From a bacterium (GTDB taxonomy: Bacteria; Patescibacteriota; Minisyncoccia; Phycocordibacterales; JABMNX01), in contig NZBM01000007.1 in NCBI GenBank assembly GCA_002687905.1, positions 1-61,833 on the forward strand: a stretch of DNA of 61,833 nucleotides, written 5' to 3'. Both the position numbers and the translations under genes were made by a program. The notes below the pieces were generated by a model that saw only the letters and a program-made list of their open reading frames with translations, was not told the DNA's origin and did no database searches. Of the stretch, positions 1 through 9,203 are shown piece after piece (the first letter of the stretch is position 1; every line of letters starts with the position of its first letter).

Positions 1-1
1 A

Positions 2-925
2 TCAACCTTTACCTTAGCTGGAGTACAAGCTTTAACCACTGATGTAGATGAACTAGAGCTTAGAGTCGCTCAACTAGAGAACAATGTCCTTGCTGGGGGT
101 GCCGCGACGAGTACACCGAGCACTGGTGTGGTGAGCTCAACTATTGACGCTGTAATTGAATACTTAGCAGGGCTTGGTGCAAACATAACAGAGGGTATTG
201 CGTACTTTACAAACCTTGTTACAAATACTCTTACTGTTGGTAGCGTTGAGAAGCCTTCTGGAATCACACTTTACGATGAAAATACAGGAGCGCCGTATTG
301 TCTAAAGATAGTGAATGGCTCAATTCAAAACATCTCTGGAGTGTGTACCGGAGGGGTTGATGGGGTAGTGACTACAGTTGGAACAACAACTCCAGAAGGT
401 GGTGATACAGAAGCTCCAGTATTCACAGTCATGGGCAACAACCCAGCCATTTTAGCTATCGGCGCTTCATACTTAGACCCAGGGGCAACCGTAACTGATA
501 ATGTGAACACTAACCTAGGATTCACATACCTACTAGATGGAGTCTCTGTTACTTCCATTAATATAGATACATCCTCAGACAAGACTTACACCATTACATA
601 CTCTGCCACAGACCAAGCAGGCAACACTGGTACTGCAGAAAGAACAGTAATAGTAGGGGACGGCGGCACTACAACACCTTCTGTTGATACAACTGATACA
701 GAACAAGCTACGAGTACGCCGCAAGTCGCTGAAGACACCACAGATACGACGAGTGGAGCAACAAGCACTCCAAGCACAACTACCGATACAATTACTGACA
801 CGACAGATACAGCAACTTCAACGCCGGAGACTGCAAGTGCGCAAGCAGAAGATACAACAGCAACAGCCACAAGTACACCATCAGCAGGCACAACTACTTC
901 AGCCACCTCGACTCCCCAAACGTAA
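2..925 (+). CDS. C-terminal part of a large surface/tail-fibre-like protein with an Ig-like (DUF5011-type) domain and a Thr-rich tail; 5'-truncated by the window
   Basis: Frame is open from base 2 (STFTLAGVQALTTDVDELELRVAQLE, coiled-coil-like). Contains DTEAPVFTVMGNNP..YLDPGATVTD..YTITYSATDQAGN, then repeated ATSTP motifs. Confidence 0.6.
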   Translation, partial: STFTLAGVQALTTDVDELELRVAQLENNVLAGGAATSTPSTGVVSSTIDAVIEYLAGLGANITEGIAYFTNLVTNTLTVGSVEKPSGITLYDENTGAPYCLKIVNGSIQNISGVCTGGVDGVVTTVGTTTPEGGDTEAPVFTVMGNNPAILAIGASYLDPGATVTDNVNTNLGFTYLLDGVSVTSINIDTSSDKTYTITYSATDQAGNTGTAERTVIVGDGGTTTPSVDTTDTEQATSTPQVAEDTTDTTSGATSTPSTTTDTITDTTDTATSTPETASAQAEDTTATATSTPSAGTTTSATSTPQT

Positions 926-927
926 CC

Positions 928-958
928 AAATATATGGACATCCGATGTCCATATATTT
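928..958. repeat. REP-like palindrome, family A (core GACATC-C-GATGTC)
   Basis: AAATATATGGACATC-C-GATGTCCATATATTT has 15-bp perfect arms and lies 4 bp from the RAYT stop codon. Confidence 0.85.
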
Positions 959-962
959 TGTA

Positions 963-1637
963 TTATTCTAAGGCAACTGAATTCACTTGAGATTCATCAA
1001 AATTCTTAAGTTGCTTTCCAGTTTCATTGAGATATTCCTCCTCACTACCAAAGAAATCAAGGAGAGACTCATGCTGGATAACAGAGCGAAAGTTACATCC
1101 ACCAGAATAGTCAACATGGCTACTCCATTTGTATTTCTCCAAATACGCCAATGCTTTATTTGTGTTTTTAACTTTACCCTCGCGCCACTCTGGCATATAT
1201 AAATCTAGCGGATTGAAATGTATGTAATAAGGAATATATAAAAAATGCGCATCTGCTTTTATTAGCACTGATCGATATTTGCCTTGGAAGAGTGCGCCCG
1301 TGCGGTCGTATTTCTCGTTAAAATATTTTGCATACCCCATATTGAGTTTTTTCATGAACCTTGGAATGCCATCATCTACAACAGGGGACACGAGAAGGTG
1401 ATAGTGATTGGGCATCAAACAAAAACAATGAATCTTAACCAATAACCTCCTCTCAACTTTCCTATAAATATCCGTACATCCGATGTCGATAGCTTTCTTG
1501 TAGTGATAGTTGTTCGAGTTTGTGTTCTTTTGGTTATTAAACTGAAATAGATCATGAACAAAACGTAGATAATCTTGGTTGTCCATGAATATTTTACGTT
1601 TATCTACTCCACGATTTAATAAATGCCAAAAATCCAT
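963..1637 (-). mobile_element. REP-associated tyrosine transposase (RAYT, Y1 HUH family)
   Basis: Motifs HLLNRG, CLMPNHYHLL (HUH), GALFQGKY, YIHFNP (catalytic Tyr) and YKWSS; flanked by palindromes. Confidence 0.9.
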
Positions 1638-1648
1638 AACCCAATTTT

Positions 1649-1677
1649 AATATATCGACATCCGATGTCTATATATT
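1649..1677. repeat. REP-like palindrome, family A
   Basis: AATATATCGACATC-C-GATGTCTATATATT has one mismatch and lies 11 bp upstream of the RAYT start. Confidence 0.8.
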
Positions 1678-1879
1678 GATATGGGATTTAGTATGTATAG
1701 TTTTGCTGATATAATAAAATCACTACCATAAAGCTTGAATAATGCTGAGATAATATTGAACAATCTACACGAGCAAAGTAGTTTGTGAGTCAAATACACC
1801 CCAGACATAGATATATGAATTCGTTAGATAAAACCTAATAAATCACTCATATATATATGTACTGGGGTATAATCCCTCT

Positions 1880-3091
1880 ATGTTAATTTGTAGGAATTCT
1901 CTCCTGAGGCACATAATCCCCTTTGTTTTATTGGCCTTTTTGGTATTTTTAATTGCTCCAAATTCCGGTTTTGGAGTATATCCTGAAGTTAAGGAACTTG
2001 AAGGAAATAGAATGAGCTTTGATGAATTGGGTGAGTATTTTACAGATTTGACGGTCAAGAAAGGTGGAACTTATGGATTTGAAGTATTAAAGCGAGCCGA
2101 ACTTCCTCCTGGAACCGATTTACATTTTCTGGGGCATTTTGTGGGAGACGAGCTATACAGGCAAGAAGGGGTAAGTGGGATGAGTAAATGTACACATGGC
2201 TTTAGAAACGCATGTTCGCACGCGATGGTTATTGGAGCGATGGTTGAGTTTGGAGAAGGAGCACTTCCCCTTGTTAAGGAGGTATGCAAGGATGCGCCGG
2301 GCGGAAGTGGGGCTTACACAATGTGTTTTCACGGATTTGGTCATGGGGTTTTTGCTTATACTGGGTACAATTTTGAAGACACAGTGAAAATTTGCTCTCG
2401 TACCGGAACACCTGAAGCTAATAATAGAGAGTTTCCAGAATGTATCGGAGGGGCTGTAATGGAGCTTCTTGGTGGAGGAGGGCATGACAAAGAGCTTTGG
2501 GAGAAAGCAAGAGAGAAATATCTCTCAAAGACAGAGCCACGCTCACTCTGTGAGTTCTCATTTATGACAGACGAGATACGTCCCATTTGCTACACATATC
2601 TAACACCTCATTTATTTGAATTTGCCGGCGGTGATTTGGGACATTTAACAGAGGAAAACTATAGAGATGCATTTCTATATTGTGACGAGATACCAATAAG
2701 TCTTGAGGGCGACAGACTTTCCTGTTTCGGTTCTCTTGGAAAAGAGTTTGTGGTGCTTGCTCAAAACAGGGACGTAAGAAAGATTGACCAGATGACAAAC
2801 ACTCAACTAGATAAGGTGTACGAGCTATGCAAGATTACGGAAGATGAAGCGGGTCAAGCTGCTTGTGTAAGAAACGCTGTGCAGTCACTTTTCTGGGGAG
2901 GCGAGAATGATAGAGGTGCGGCAATTAGGTTTTGTTCATTAATTTATGATGATAAAAATCAGTTTGCGTGTTTCAGCGAACTTGTGGGTGCAGTCGGGTA
3001 CTATATAAAAGATAAATCTTATTACAGAGAGTTTTGTAGCGAACTTCCGGATGGACATATTAAGGGTTGTAGGAATACACTTTTAAGATGA
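1880..3091 (+). CDS. Membrane-anchored Cys/His-repeat protein of unknown function (paralog 1)
   Basis: 403 aa with an N-terminal TM/signal. Motifs HFLGHFVG, CSHA, CFHGFGHG, CIGGAVME and periodic Cys pairs. TATAAT lies 6 nt before the ATG. Confidence 0.8.
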   Translation: MLICRNSLLRHIIPFVLLAFLVFLIAPNSGFGVYPEVKELEGNRMSFDELGEYFTDLTVKKGGTYGFEVLKRAELPPGTDLHFLGHFVGDELYRQEGVSGMSKCTHGFRNACSHAMVIGAMVEFGEGALPLVKEVCKDAPGGSGAYTMCFHGFGHGVFAYTGYNFEDTVKICSRTGTPEANNREFPECIGGAVMELLGGGGHDKELWEKAREKYLSKTEPRSLCEFSFMTDEIRPICYTYLTPHLFEFAGGDLGHLTEENYRDAFLYCDEIPISLEGDRLSCFGSLGKEFVVLAQNRDVRKIDQMTNTQLDKVYELCKITEDEAGQAACVRNAVQSLFWGGENDRGAAIRFCSLIYDDKNQFACFSELVGAVGYYIKDKSYYREFCSELPDGHIKGCRNTLLR

Positions 3092-4086
3092 AAACAGAAT
3101 TTACAATATTATTAATTGTAGTATCGGCAGTTCTAGCTGTTTTTATATTTTCAAATATTGATATGGCTCCAGAGGATAAATTTAGGGGCTTGGCAGTAAG
3201 AGATTTTGAAAAGGAGCAAGAATTTTGGGATAAAAGAATTGATAAGGTTGGCGTAGATGTAGCTTATGTGGAGTTTAAAGAAGAGTATAAAGATTACCCA
3301 TATGGACCACAGCATACTTTAGCTCATATCTTCGGCATACTTTTATATGATAAGAAAGGAATAGAAGGTGTGGCGATTTGTGATGGGGCTTTTGCTTTTG
3401 GTTGTTATCACAGCTTTTTTGGTCTAGCAATAACGGAAGGTGGACTTGCAATGATTCACGATTTAGACAAGGCGTGTATTGCTGCTCATGGAGTAAAAGG
3501 TCTTGGATGTCCACACGGTATTGGGCACGGCATACTTTCTTTTGTTGGATACGACAATTTAGATGAAGCTCTTGATGAATGCAGAACTTTAACTTGGAAG
3601 GAGCCGATTGGAGGTTGTACTAGTGGGGTATTTATGGAATATAACTTTCTGACTATGGAAGACCCGCTTGGGCTCTCACACAGAGAGGAAGTGGAAGATA
3701 AACATTTTCCGTGTAGTTCTATTGAGGATAGGTTTAAACAGGCGTGCTATTTTGAGCAACCAACTTGGTGGAAGGTGGTTTATGCACCAGACGAAGGGTA
3801 TAGAAAGGTCGGAGAGCTTTGCGAAGAGGTTGAAGATACCTTAAACAGGGAAGCGTGCTTCAGGGGAATCGGGAACACAATTTCTGGGATAAGTGGTTTT
3901 GACATTGAATCAACAAAGAGCGAGTGTGAAAGTATGCCTGAAAGAGAGGGAAAGACACTGTGCCTTCAGGGTGCTGCGTGGCTTTTCTCTGCAGAACCAG
4001 GATTTGATAGTGTTTGGAAGAGTCTTTGTAGGGGATTAAATAAAGACGAAGAGTCGGTTTGTCTTTCAGGAGAAAATTTTATTTAG
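3088..4086 (+). CDS. Membrane-anchored Cys/His-repeat protein (paralog 2)
   Basis: 332 aa, ATGA overlap with the previous gene. Motifs HTLAHIFG, CYHS, CPHGIGHG and CTSGVFME. Confidence 0.8.
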   Translation: MKTEFTILLIVVSAVLAVFIFSNIDMAPEDKFRGLAVRDFEKEQEFWDKRIDKVGVDVAYVEFKEEYKDYPYGPQHTLAHIFGILLYDKKGIEGVAICDGAFAFGCYHSFFGLAITEGGLAMIHDLDKACIAAHGVKGLGCPHGIGHGILSFVGYDNLDEALDECRTLTWKEPIGGCTSGVFMEYNFLTMEDPLGLSHREEVEDKHFPCSSIEDRFKQACYFEQPTWWKVVYAPDEGYRKVGELCEEVEDTLNREACFRGIGNTISGISGFDIESTKSECESMPEREGKTLCLQGAAWLFSAEPGFDSVWKSLCRGLNKDEESVCLSGENFI

Positions 4087-4087
4087 T

Positions 4088-5296
4088 ATGAACGTAAATA
4101 TTATACACAAATATATAGTTGCAGGGATTGTAATTTTGGTTGTTTTGGTGGGTTTGGGCTTTTTCTATATTAATAATGTTAACTCTGGCTACATTGCGAT
4201 TGCAGATGAAATTATAGAGACCTGCAAGAACGAAGGGTATAGGCCGGCATGTTATGACGTTGAAATACCAAAGGTTATGGATAGGGGACTTTCTATGGAG
4301 GAGGCCTTTGAGGTAACAAAAGTAGTGCAAGACAAGGATGATGCATACCTGTATTGCCACGTTTTGGGCCACTATCTTGCAATAAAGGAGACCGCCAAAG
4401 ATCCTAGCCGATGGAAGGAGGTTGTATCTAGAGCTCCGGGCGGAATATGCTCAAATGGAGCCATCCACGGCGCTTTCCAAGAAAGATTTCGTGTTGAATC
4501 ACTACCTGATGCAGAGATTGAAGAGCTGAAACTAGAGCTTGAAGGAGTTTGCGAAAAGAGAGAAAACTGGAACCCAACACCGCTTGAGGGAGCAACTTGC
4601 ACGCATGCATTTGGACACCTGACGATGTATGTAACTGATGCAAATATAGACAAGTCACTTATTCTTTGTGATGAGATTTCTAACAACACTGATGGAAGGG
4701 ACTTGAGACAGCTTTGTTACGATGGCGTCTTTATGCAGCTTTACCAACCCCTTGAGCCAGATGATTTCGCACTAATTGAAGGGCAAGAGATTGAAACCAA
4801 GTCAGAGGCGATAGCATTTTGTGATCAGTTTGATGGAGAGATACGAGGTGCTTGCATAAGCGAGTCGTGGCCACTATGGAGAGAAGATCTTCAGAGTAAC
4901 CCACAAGAGACAGTGGATTTTTGTTCGCGCCTTAAGAATGATCCCAAAGAGGAAAAGAGATGTTATACCGCAATATTTTATGTCTTAACTGCTCTTTCTA
5001 ATTTAGACGAAGAATGGGTGAGTAATTATTGTACTGGCATAGAAGCTAGTCGTCAGCCACAGTGTTTCGCAAATGCGGCGTCTCGTATGATAGAAACCGA
5101 CTGGAGAAATATTGATAGGGCGATTGCACTTTGTAAGGTGGCGGATGGTTTTGGGGTATCTGACGAGTGTTATGACGAGTTATTACTTTACTCATCTTAC
5201 AATTTTGTGATTGGGTCAGAAGAGTTTGATCAATTATGTGATAGTCTCCCAGACCCTTGGCGTGGTCAATGTTTTGCTAGAAGTATTGATATATAA
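4088..5296 (+). CDS. Membrane-anchored Cys/His-repeat protein (paralog 3)
   Basis: 402 aa with an N-terminal TM. Motifs CHVLGH, CSNGAIHG, CTHAFGH and CYDGVFMQ. Confidence 0.8.
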   Translation: MNVNIIHKYIVAGIVILVVLVGLGFFYINNVNSGYIAIADEIIETCKNEGYRPACYDVEIPKVMDRGLSMEEAFEVTKVVQDKDDAYLYCHVLGHYLAIKETAKDPSRWKEVVSRAPGGICSNGAIHGAFQERFRVESLPDAEIEELKLELEGVCEKRENWNPTPLEGATCTHAFGHLTMYVTDANIDKSLILCDEISNNTDGRDLRQLCYDGVFMQLYQPLEPDDFALIEGQEIETKSEAIAFCDQFDGEIRGACISESWPLWREDLQSNPQETVDFCSRLKNDPKEEKRCYTAIFYVLTALSNLDEEWVSNYCTGIEASRQPQCFANAASRMIETDWRNIDRAIALCKVADGFGVSDECYDELLLYSSYNFVIGSEEFDQLCDSLPDPWRGQCFARSIDI

Positions 5297-5306
5297 TCAC
5301 AACGAT

Positions 5307-5798
5307 ATGAAAGGATTACTCATAGGGACTCTACTTTTCTTTCCACTCATCTCTTTTTCTCATGGCACTGGAGCTTCTCTTGAAAGAGTTGTAGACGGGA
5401 TACTTATAGATATAGGGTATTCTCCTGAAGAAATAGAGGCGGGAGTAAAAGCGCAATTTGACTTTAATATATTAAAAGAGAGCACAGAAGACGAAGTTAA
5501 CTTTAGTGACTTGTGGTTTCGTATAATAAAAGACGACAAAACATTTTTTGCTGGCGGGATACACAGACCATCTATAGGTCTTCCAACTGTTGCTTATATT
5601 TTTCCTGAAAGCGGTGAATATGAGCTTTCTGTAAGATTCCAGAAAGACAGAGAAGTATTGACCGAAAGCACTTTTATACTTGAGGTTAAAGAAAATAAAG
5701 AGAATGGAGAATCAACGCCTTTAGGTATGGTGGTTGTAGGACTTATTGGACTTATTGCCGGGGCTATTCTTGCTATTTTTGTTAGACGAAGGAACTAG
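5307..5798 (+). CDS. Secreted, C-terminally anchored Ig-like protein with a predicted mature N-terminal His-Gly
   Basis: ATG at 5307 gives the signal peptide MKGLLIGTLLFFPLISFS|HG. A YIFPESGEYELSV beta motif is followed by a C-terminal TM and RRRN. Confidence 0.7.
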   Translation: MKGLLIGTLLFFPLISFSHGTGASLERVVDGILIDIGYSPEEIEAGVKAQFDFNILKESTEDEVNFSDLWFRIIKDDKTFFAGGIHRPSIGLPTVAYIFPESGEYELSVRFQKDREVLTESTFILEVKENKENGESTPLGMVVVGLIGLIAGAILAIFVRRRN

Positions 5799-5819
5799 GT
5801 TGCGTGTTATAATCTAGCA

Positions 5820-6218
5820 ATGTTTAACAGAGTTTTAGTAATCATAGTTATAATCCTTCTTGGTTGGGTTGGCTACATCTTTTACCAAAAGCAAGGGAAC
5901 CCTCTTTCAGGAGACACTGCCGTTGGCGCAACTTCTTCAAAAGACGCTGATCACACTGTATTTATTGACGCAGATGGTTTTCACCCAAGCGAGCTAAACA
6001 TAAAGCTTGGAGAGAGAGTATTGTGGCAAGCGTCTGAGCAGCTTTGGGCATGGCCTGCTTCAAATCTTCATCCAACACACGAATTATATTCAGAATTTGA
6101 CCCGGGTAAGCCAATCGGGCCGGGAGCGTCGTGGGCATTTACTTTTGATAAGGTAGGAAATTGGGCGTATCACGACCACCTAAGGCCACAACTTAGAGGG
6201 ATTGTGAGGGTCAGGTAA
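5820..6218 (+). CDS. Membrane-anchored cupredoxin-like protein
   Basis: GFHPSELNIKLGERVLW, SNLHPTH and PGASWAFTFDKVGNWAYHDHL follow the plastocyanin-like pattern. Confidence 0.75.
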   Translation: MFNRVLVIIVIILLGWVGYIFYQKQGNPLSGDTAVGATSSKDADHTVFIDADGFHPSELNIKLGERVLWQASEQLWAWPASNLHPTHELYSEFDPGKPIGPGASWAFTFDKVGNWAYHDHLRPQLRGIVRVR

Positions 6219-6221
6219 GCT

Positions 6222-7250
6222 ATGAAGAAGGTAAGAGTAGGAATAAATGGTTTCGGAAGAATTGGCCGCTCTTTTTTTCGTATTGCAAAGGACAGGGATG
6301 ATATAGAAATAGTTGCGATAAATGATTTGGGAGATATTGAAAATCTTGCGTATCTTCTAAAGTATGATTCTGTATATGGAGTGAGTGATTTTGAAGTTGA
6401 AGTAAGGGGAGAAAATATAGTAGCAGGAGGTAGAGAATTCAAATTTTTAAGCGAGGACACTCCAGAGAATCTGCCGTGGGGCAAGTTAAATGTGGATGTA
6501 GCTCTTGAATCAAGCGGAGCTTTTACGAGTTACGAAAAATCGCAGGCTCACTTGAGTGCCGGAGCAAAGCGCGTTGTGGTGTCAGCTCCTGTTAAAGATG
6601 CGCCACCTTCAGGGGTTGTGGGGGCAACAGTTCTTATGGGAGTAAATGAAGATGTGTTAAAGATGTGCGATATAAGCTCAAACGCATCTTGTACTACGAA
6701 TGCAGGAAGTCCAATAATGCAGATTCTTAAAGAAACTATAGGAGTTGAGAAGGCACTTTTAAATACAATTCACGGATACACTGCGAGTCAGGGATTAGTT
6801 GACGGACCTTCAAAAAAGAAGGATTTCAGGCGCGGACGCGCCGCTGCGGTAAATATAGTGCCCTCAACAACCGGAGCTGCAATTGCCACAACCAAAGCTA
6901 TAACAGATTTGGAAGGTAGGTTTGACGGAATGGCAATACGGGTGCCCACGATTGCGGGATCAATCGTAGACATCACTTTCATCTCTAAAAAAGAGACTAC
7001 GGTGGAGGAAATAAATGAAATATTAACCCATGCAGCGGGCGAGAAAAGATGGAATGATATTTTCTCTGTAACGGACGAACCAATTGTATCAAGCGATATT
7101 CTAGGAAGTAGATATGCATCAATCGCAGACCTGTCATTTACTAGAGTGGTTGATGGGAATCTGGTAAAAGTACTTTCTTGGTATGACAACGAGGTGGGCT
7201 ATACATACACTTTAGTTGATCATGTAGCGAAAACCGGTCAGCACACATAA
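6222..7250 (+). CDS. gap: Glyceraldehyde-3-phosphate dehydrogenase (type I)
   Basis: GINGFGRIGR, SNASCTTN and WYDNE. Confidence 0.97.
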   Translation: MKKVRVGINGFGRIGRSFFRIAKDRDDIEIVAINDLGDIENLAYLLKYDSVYGVSDFEVEVRGENIVAGGREFKFLSEDTPENLPWGKLNVDVALESSGAFTSYEKSQAHLSAGAKRVVVSAPVKDAPPSGVVGATVLMGVNEDVLKMCDISSNASCTTNAGSPIMQILKETIGVEKALLNTIHGYTASQGLVDGPSKKKDFRRGRAAAVNIVPSTTGAAIATTKAITDLEGRFDGMAIRVPTIAGSIVDITFISKKETTVEEINEILTHAAGEKRWNDIFSVTDEPIVSSDILGSRYASIADLSFTRVVDGNLVKVLSWYDNEVGYTYTLVDHVAKTGQHT

Positions 7251-7252
7251 AA

Positions 7253-7699
7253 ATGAAGATATATTTTGCAACAGATCATGCAGGACTTGGGCTAAAAAAG
7301 GTCCTTAAGGAGTTTGTGGAAGATCTTGGGCACGTCGTTGAGGACTTGGGAGCACATGAGCTTGATGAGAGTGATGACTATCCTGATTTCATTTCTATTG
7401 CAGCAGAAAAAGTTTCAAGTAATCCAACAGACAGGGCGATAGTATTGGGAGGTTCCGGGCAAGGCGAAGCCATTGTCTCAAATAGATTTAAAAATGTGCG
7501 AGCAGTTGTTTATTACGGAGGAAACAAGGAAGTGATTAAATTGTCGCGAGAACATAACGATGCAAATATTCTTTCAATTGGCGCTCGCTTTATTTCGGCT
7601 GAGGAGGCAAAAGAGGTAGTAAAAATATGGCTTGAAACTCCTTTCTCTGGTGAAGAGCGACACAAAAGAAGAATAGAGAAGATAGAAAAATATGGCTGA
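7253..7699 (+). CDS. rpiB: Ribose-5-phosphate isomerase B (RpiB/LacA/LacB family)
   Basis: TDHAG, DYPD, GGSGQG, SREHNDAN and RHKRR. Confidence 0.93.
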   Translation: MKIYFATDHAGLGLKKVLKEFVEDLGHVVEDLGAHELDESDDYPDFISIAAEKVSSNPTDRAIVLGGSGQGEAIVSNRFKNVRAVVYYGGNKEVIKLSREHNDANILSIGARFISAEEAKEVVKIWLETPFSGEERHKRRIEKIEKYG

Positions 7700-8342
7700 A
7701 ATAATTCCGGCAATAATGCCGAAGTCATACGATGAGCTGGAGGAGAAAGTGTCCTCGCTACTTGGAGTTGTGCCCGTGGTTCAGATTGATCTTATGGATG
7801 GAATATTTGTTAAAAGTAAAAGCTGGCCATATTTAAAAGGGGAATTAGTACCGGATTATTTACCAAATATTCACGAGATAGACTATGAAATTGATTTAAT
7901 GGTTAAAGACCCAAGAGATCGAGCGCACGAATGGGTTATGGCTGGAGCAAAAAGGATAATTCCCCACCTTGAGGCTTTTAAAAATCCGGCGGATGATTTG
8001 GCAGATTTAAGACACGATGATGTTGAGCTTGGTATTGCGGTAAATACCACAACTTCTAATGAAAAAATTGAGGAAGTAATAGGACTTGTTGATTTTGTGC
8101 AGTTTATGGGAATTGAGCGTATTGGATATCAGGGAGAAGTATTTGATGAGAGAGTAGTTGGGAAGATTATTTCTTTGCGTGATAAAAATCCTGAAATTAT
8201 AATTAGTGTTGATGGGGGAGTTAGTCTACTGAGCGCTCCTGAGTTAATTGAAGCCGGTGCAAATAGATTGGTTTCAGGTTCTACAATCTGGAAGAGTGAT
8301 AATATAGAAGAGACGATTGAGTCTTTAAAGGAATTGGTATGA
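7692..8342 (+). CDS. rpe: Ribulose-phosphate 3-epimerase
   Basis: QIDLMDG, DLMV, VDGG and LVSGS. Confidence 0.88.
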   Translation: MAEIIPAIMPKSYDELEEKVSSLLGVVPVVQIDLMDGIFVKSKSWPYLKGELVPDYLPNIHEIDYEIDLMVKDPRDRAHEWVMAGAKRIIPHLEAFKNPADDLADLRHDDVELGIAVNTTTSNEKIEEVIGLVDFVQFMGIERIGYQGEVFDERVVGKIISLRDKNPEIIISVDGGVSLLSAPELIEAGANRLVSGSTIWKSDNIEETIESLKELV

Positions 8343-9202
8343 GTCTAGTTGACGATAAAAAAGTATGTGAGTTAGAGGCAAAGGCAGTAGAGATTCGGGA
8401 GACTCTTATTGAGATGCTTGTTGAAGCCGGCTCAGGCCATACAGCAGGACCTTTAGGTATGGCGGATATTTTTACTGCTTTTTATTTTCATATTCTTAAT
8501 CACGACCCTAAGAATCCTAATTGGGACGAGCGAGACCGTTTAATACTTTCAAATGGACACATCACTCCAATTCGCTATTCTGCAATGGCACACTCCGGCT
8601 ATTTTTCAATTGAAGAAGCAAAGACCTTAAGAAAGTTTGGCTCACGTATGCAGGGGCACCCGGAGCGAGAGAAACTTCCAGGTGTTGAGACTACGTCTGG
8701 TCCGCTTGGCTCAGGTCTCTCTGAGGCAGCGGGAATTGCCTATGGTGCACGTATGGACGGTAAGAAATTCCGGGTATATTGCCTTATGAGTGATGCCGAA
8801 CATCAGGCTGGAAATTTATGGGAAGGGGCAATGTTTGCGGGAGACAACAAGCTTTCAAACATAACTGGAGTAATAGATAGAAACAATATTCAGATAAACG
8901 GTATGACGGAGAATGTTATGCCACTTGAGCCACTTGCTGATAAATACAGAGCGTTTAATTGGCATGTAATTGAGGTAGACGGCCATAATATTCGTGAGTT
9001 TATAAATGCAGTAGAGGAGTCAAAGGCAATATATGAAAAACCAACTGTAATAATTGCGCACACAATACCTGGAAAAGGAATAAAGGAGATTGAATTTGAC
9101 TATAAATGGCACGGCAAACCTCCAAAAAAAGAAGAAGCGGATAAATTCTTGAGAGAGTTAAGGACTTTAGGTGGCACAATAGAGTGTTACGATCAAGATT
9201 AA
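8339..9202 (+). CDS. Transketolase, N-terminal subunit
   Basis: GSGH, DRLILSNGH, QGHP, SGPLGSG and HTIPGKG. Confidence 0.93.
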   Translation: MSLVDDKKVCELEAKAVEIRETLIEMLVEAGSGHTAGPLGMADIFTAFYFHILNHDPKNPNWDERDRLILSNGHITPIRYSAMAHSGYFSIEEAKTLRKFGSRMQGHPEREKLPGVETTSGPLGSGLSEAAGIAYGARMDGKKFRVYCLMSDAEHQAGNLWEGAMFAGDNKLSNITGVIDRNNIQINGMTENVMPLEPLADKYRAFNWHVIEVDGHNIREFINAVEESKAIYEKPTVIIAHTIPGKGIKEIEFDYKWHGKPPKKEEADKFLRELRTLGGTIECYDQD

Positions 9203-9203
9203 T

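Noticed and set aside
1880-5296. Multiheme cytochromes c
   Set aside because: The proteins are Cys- and His-rich but have no CxxCH motifs.
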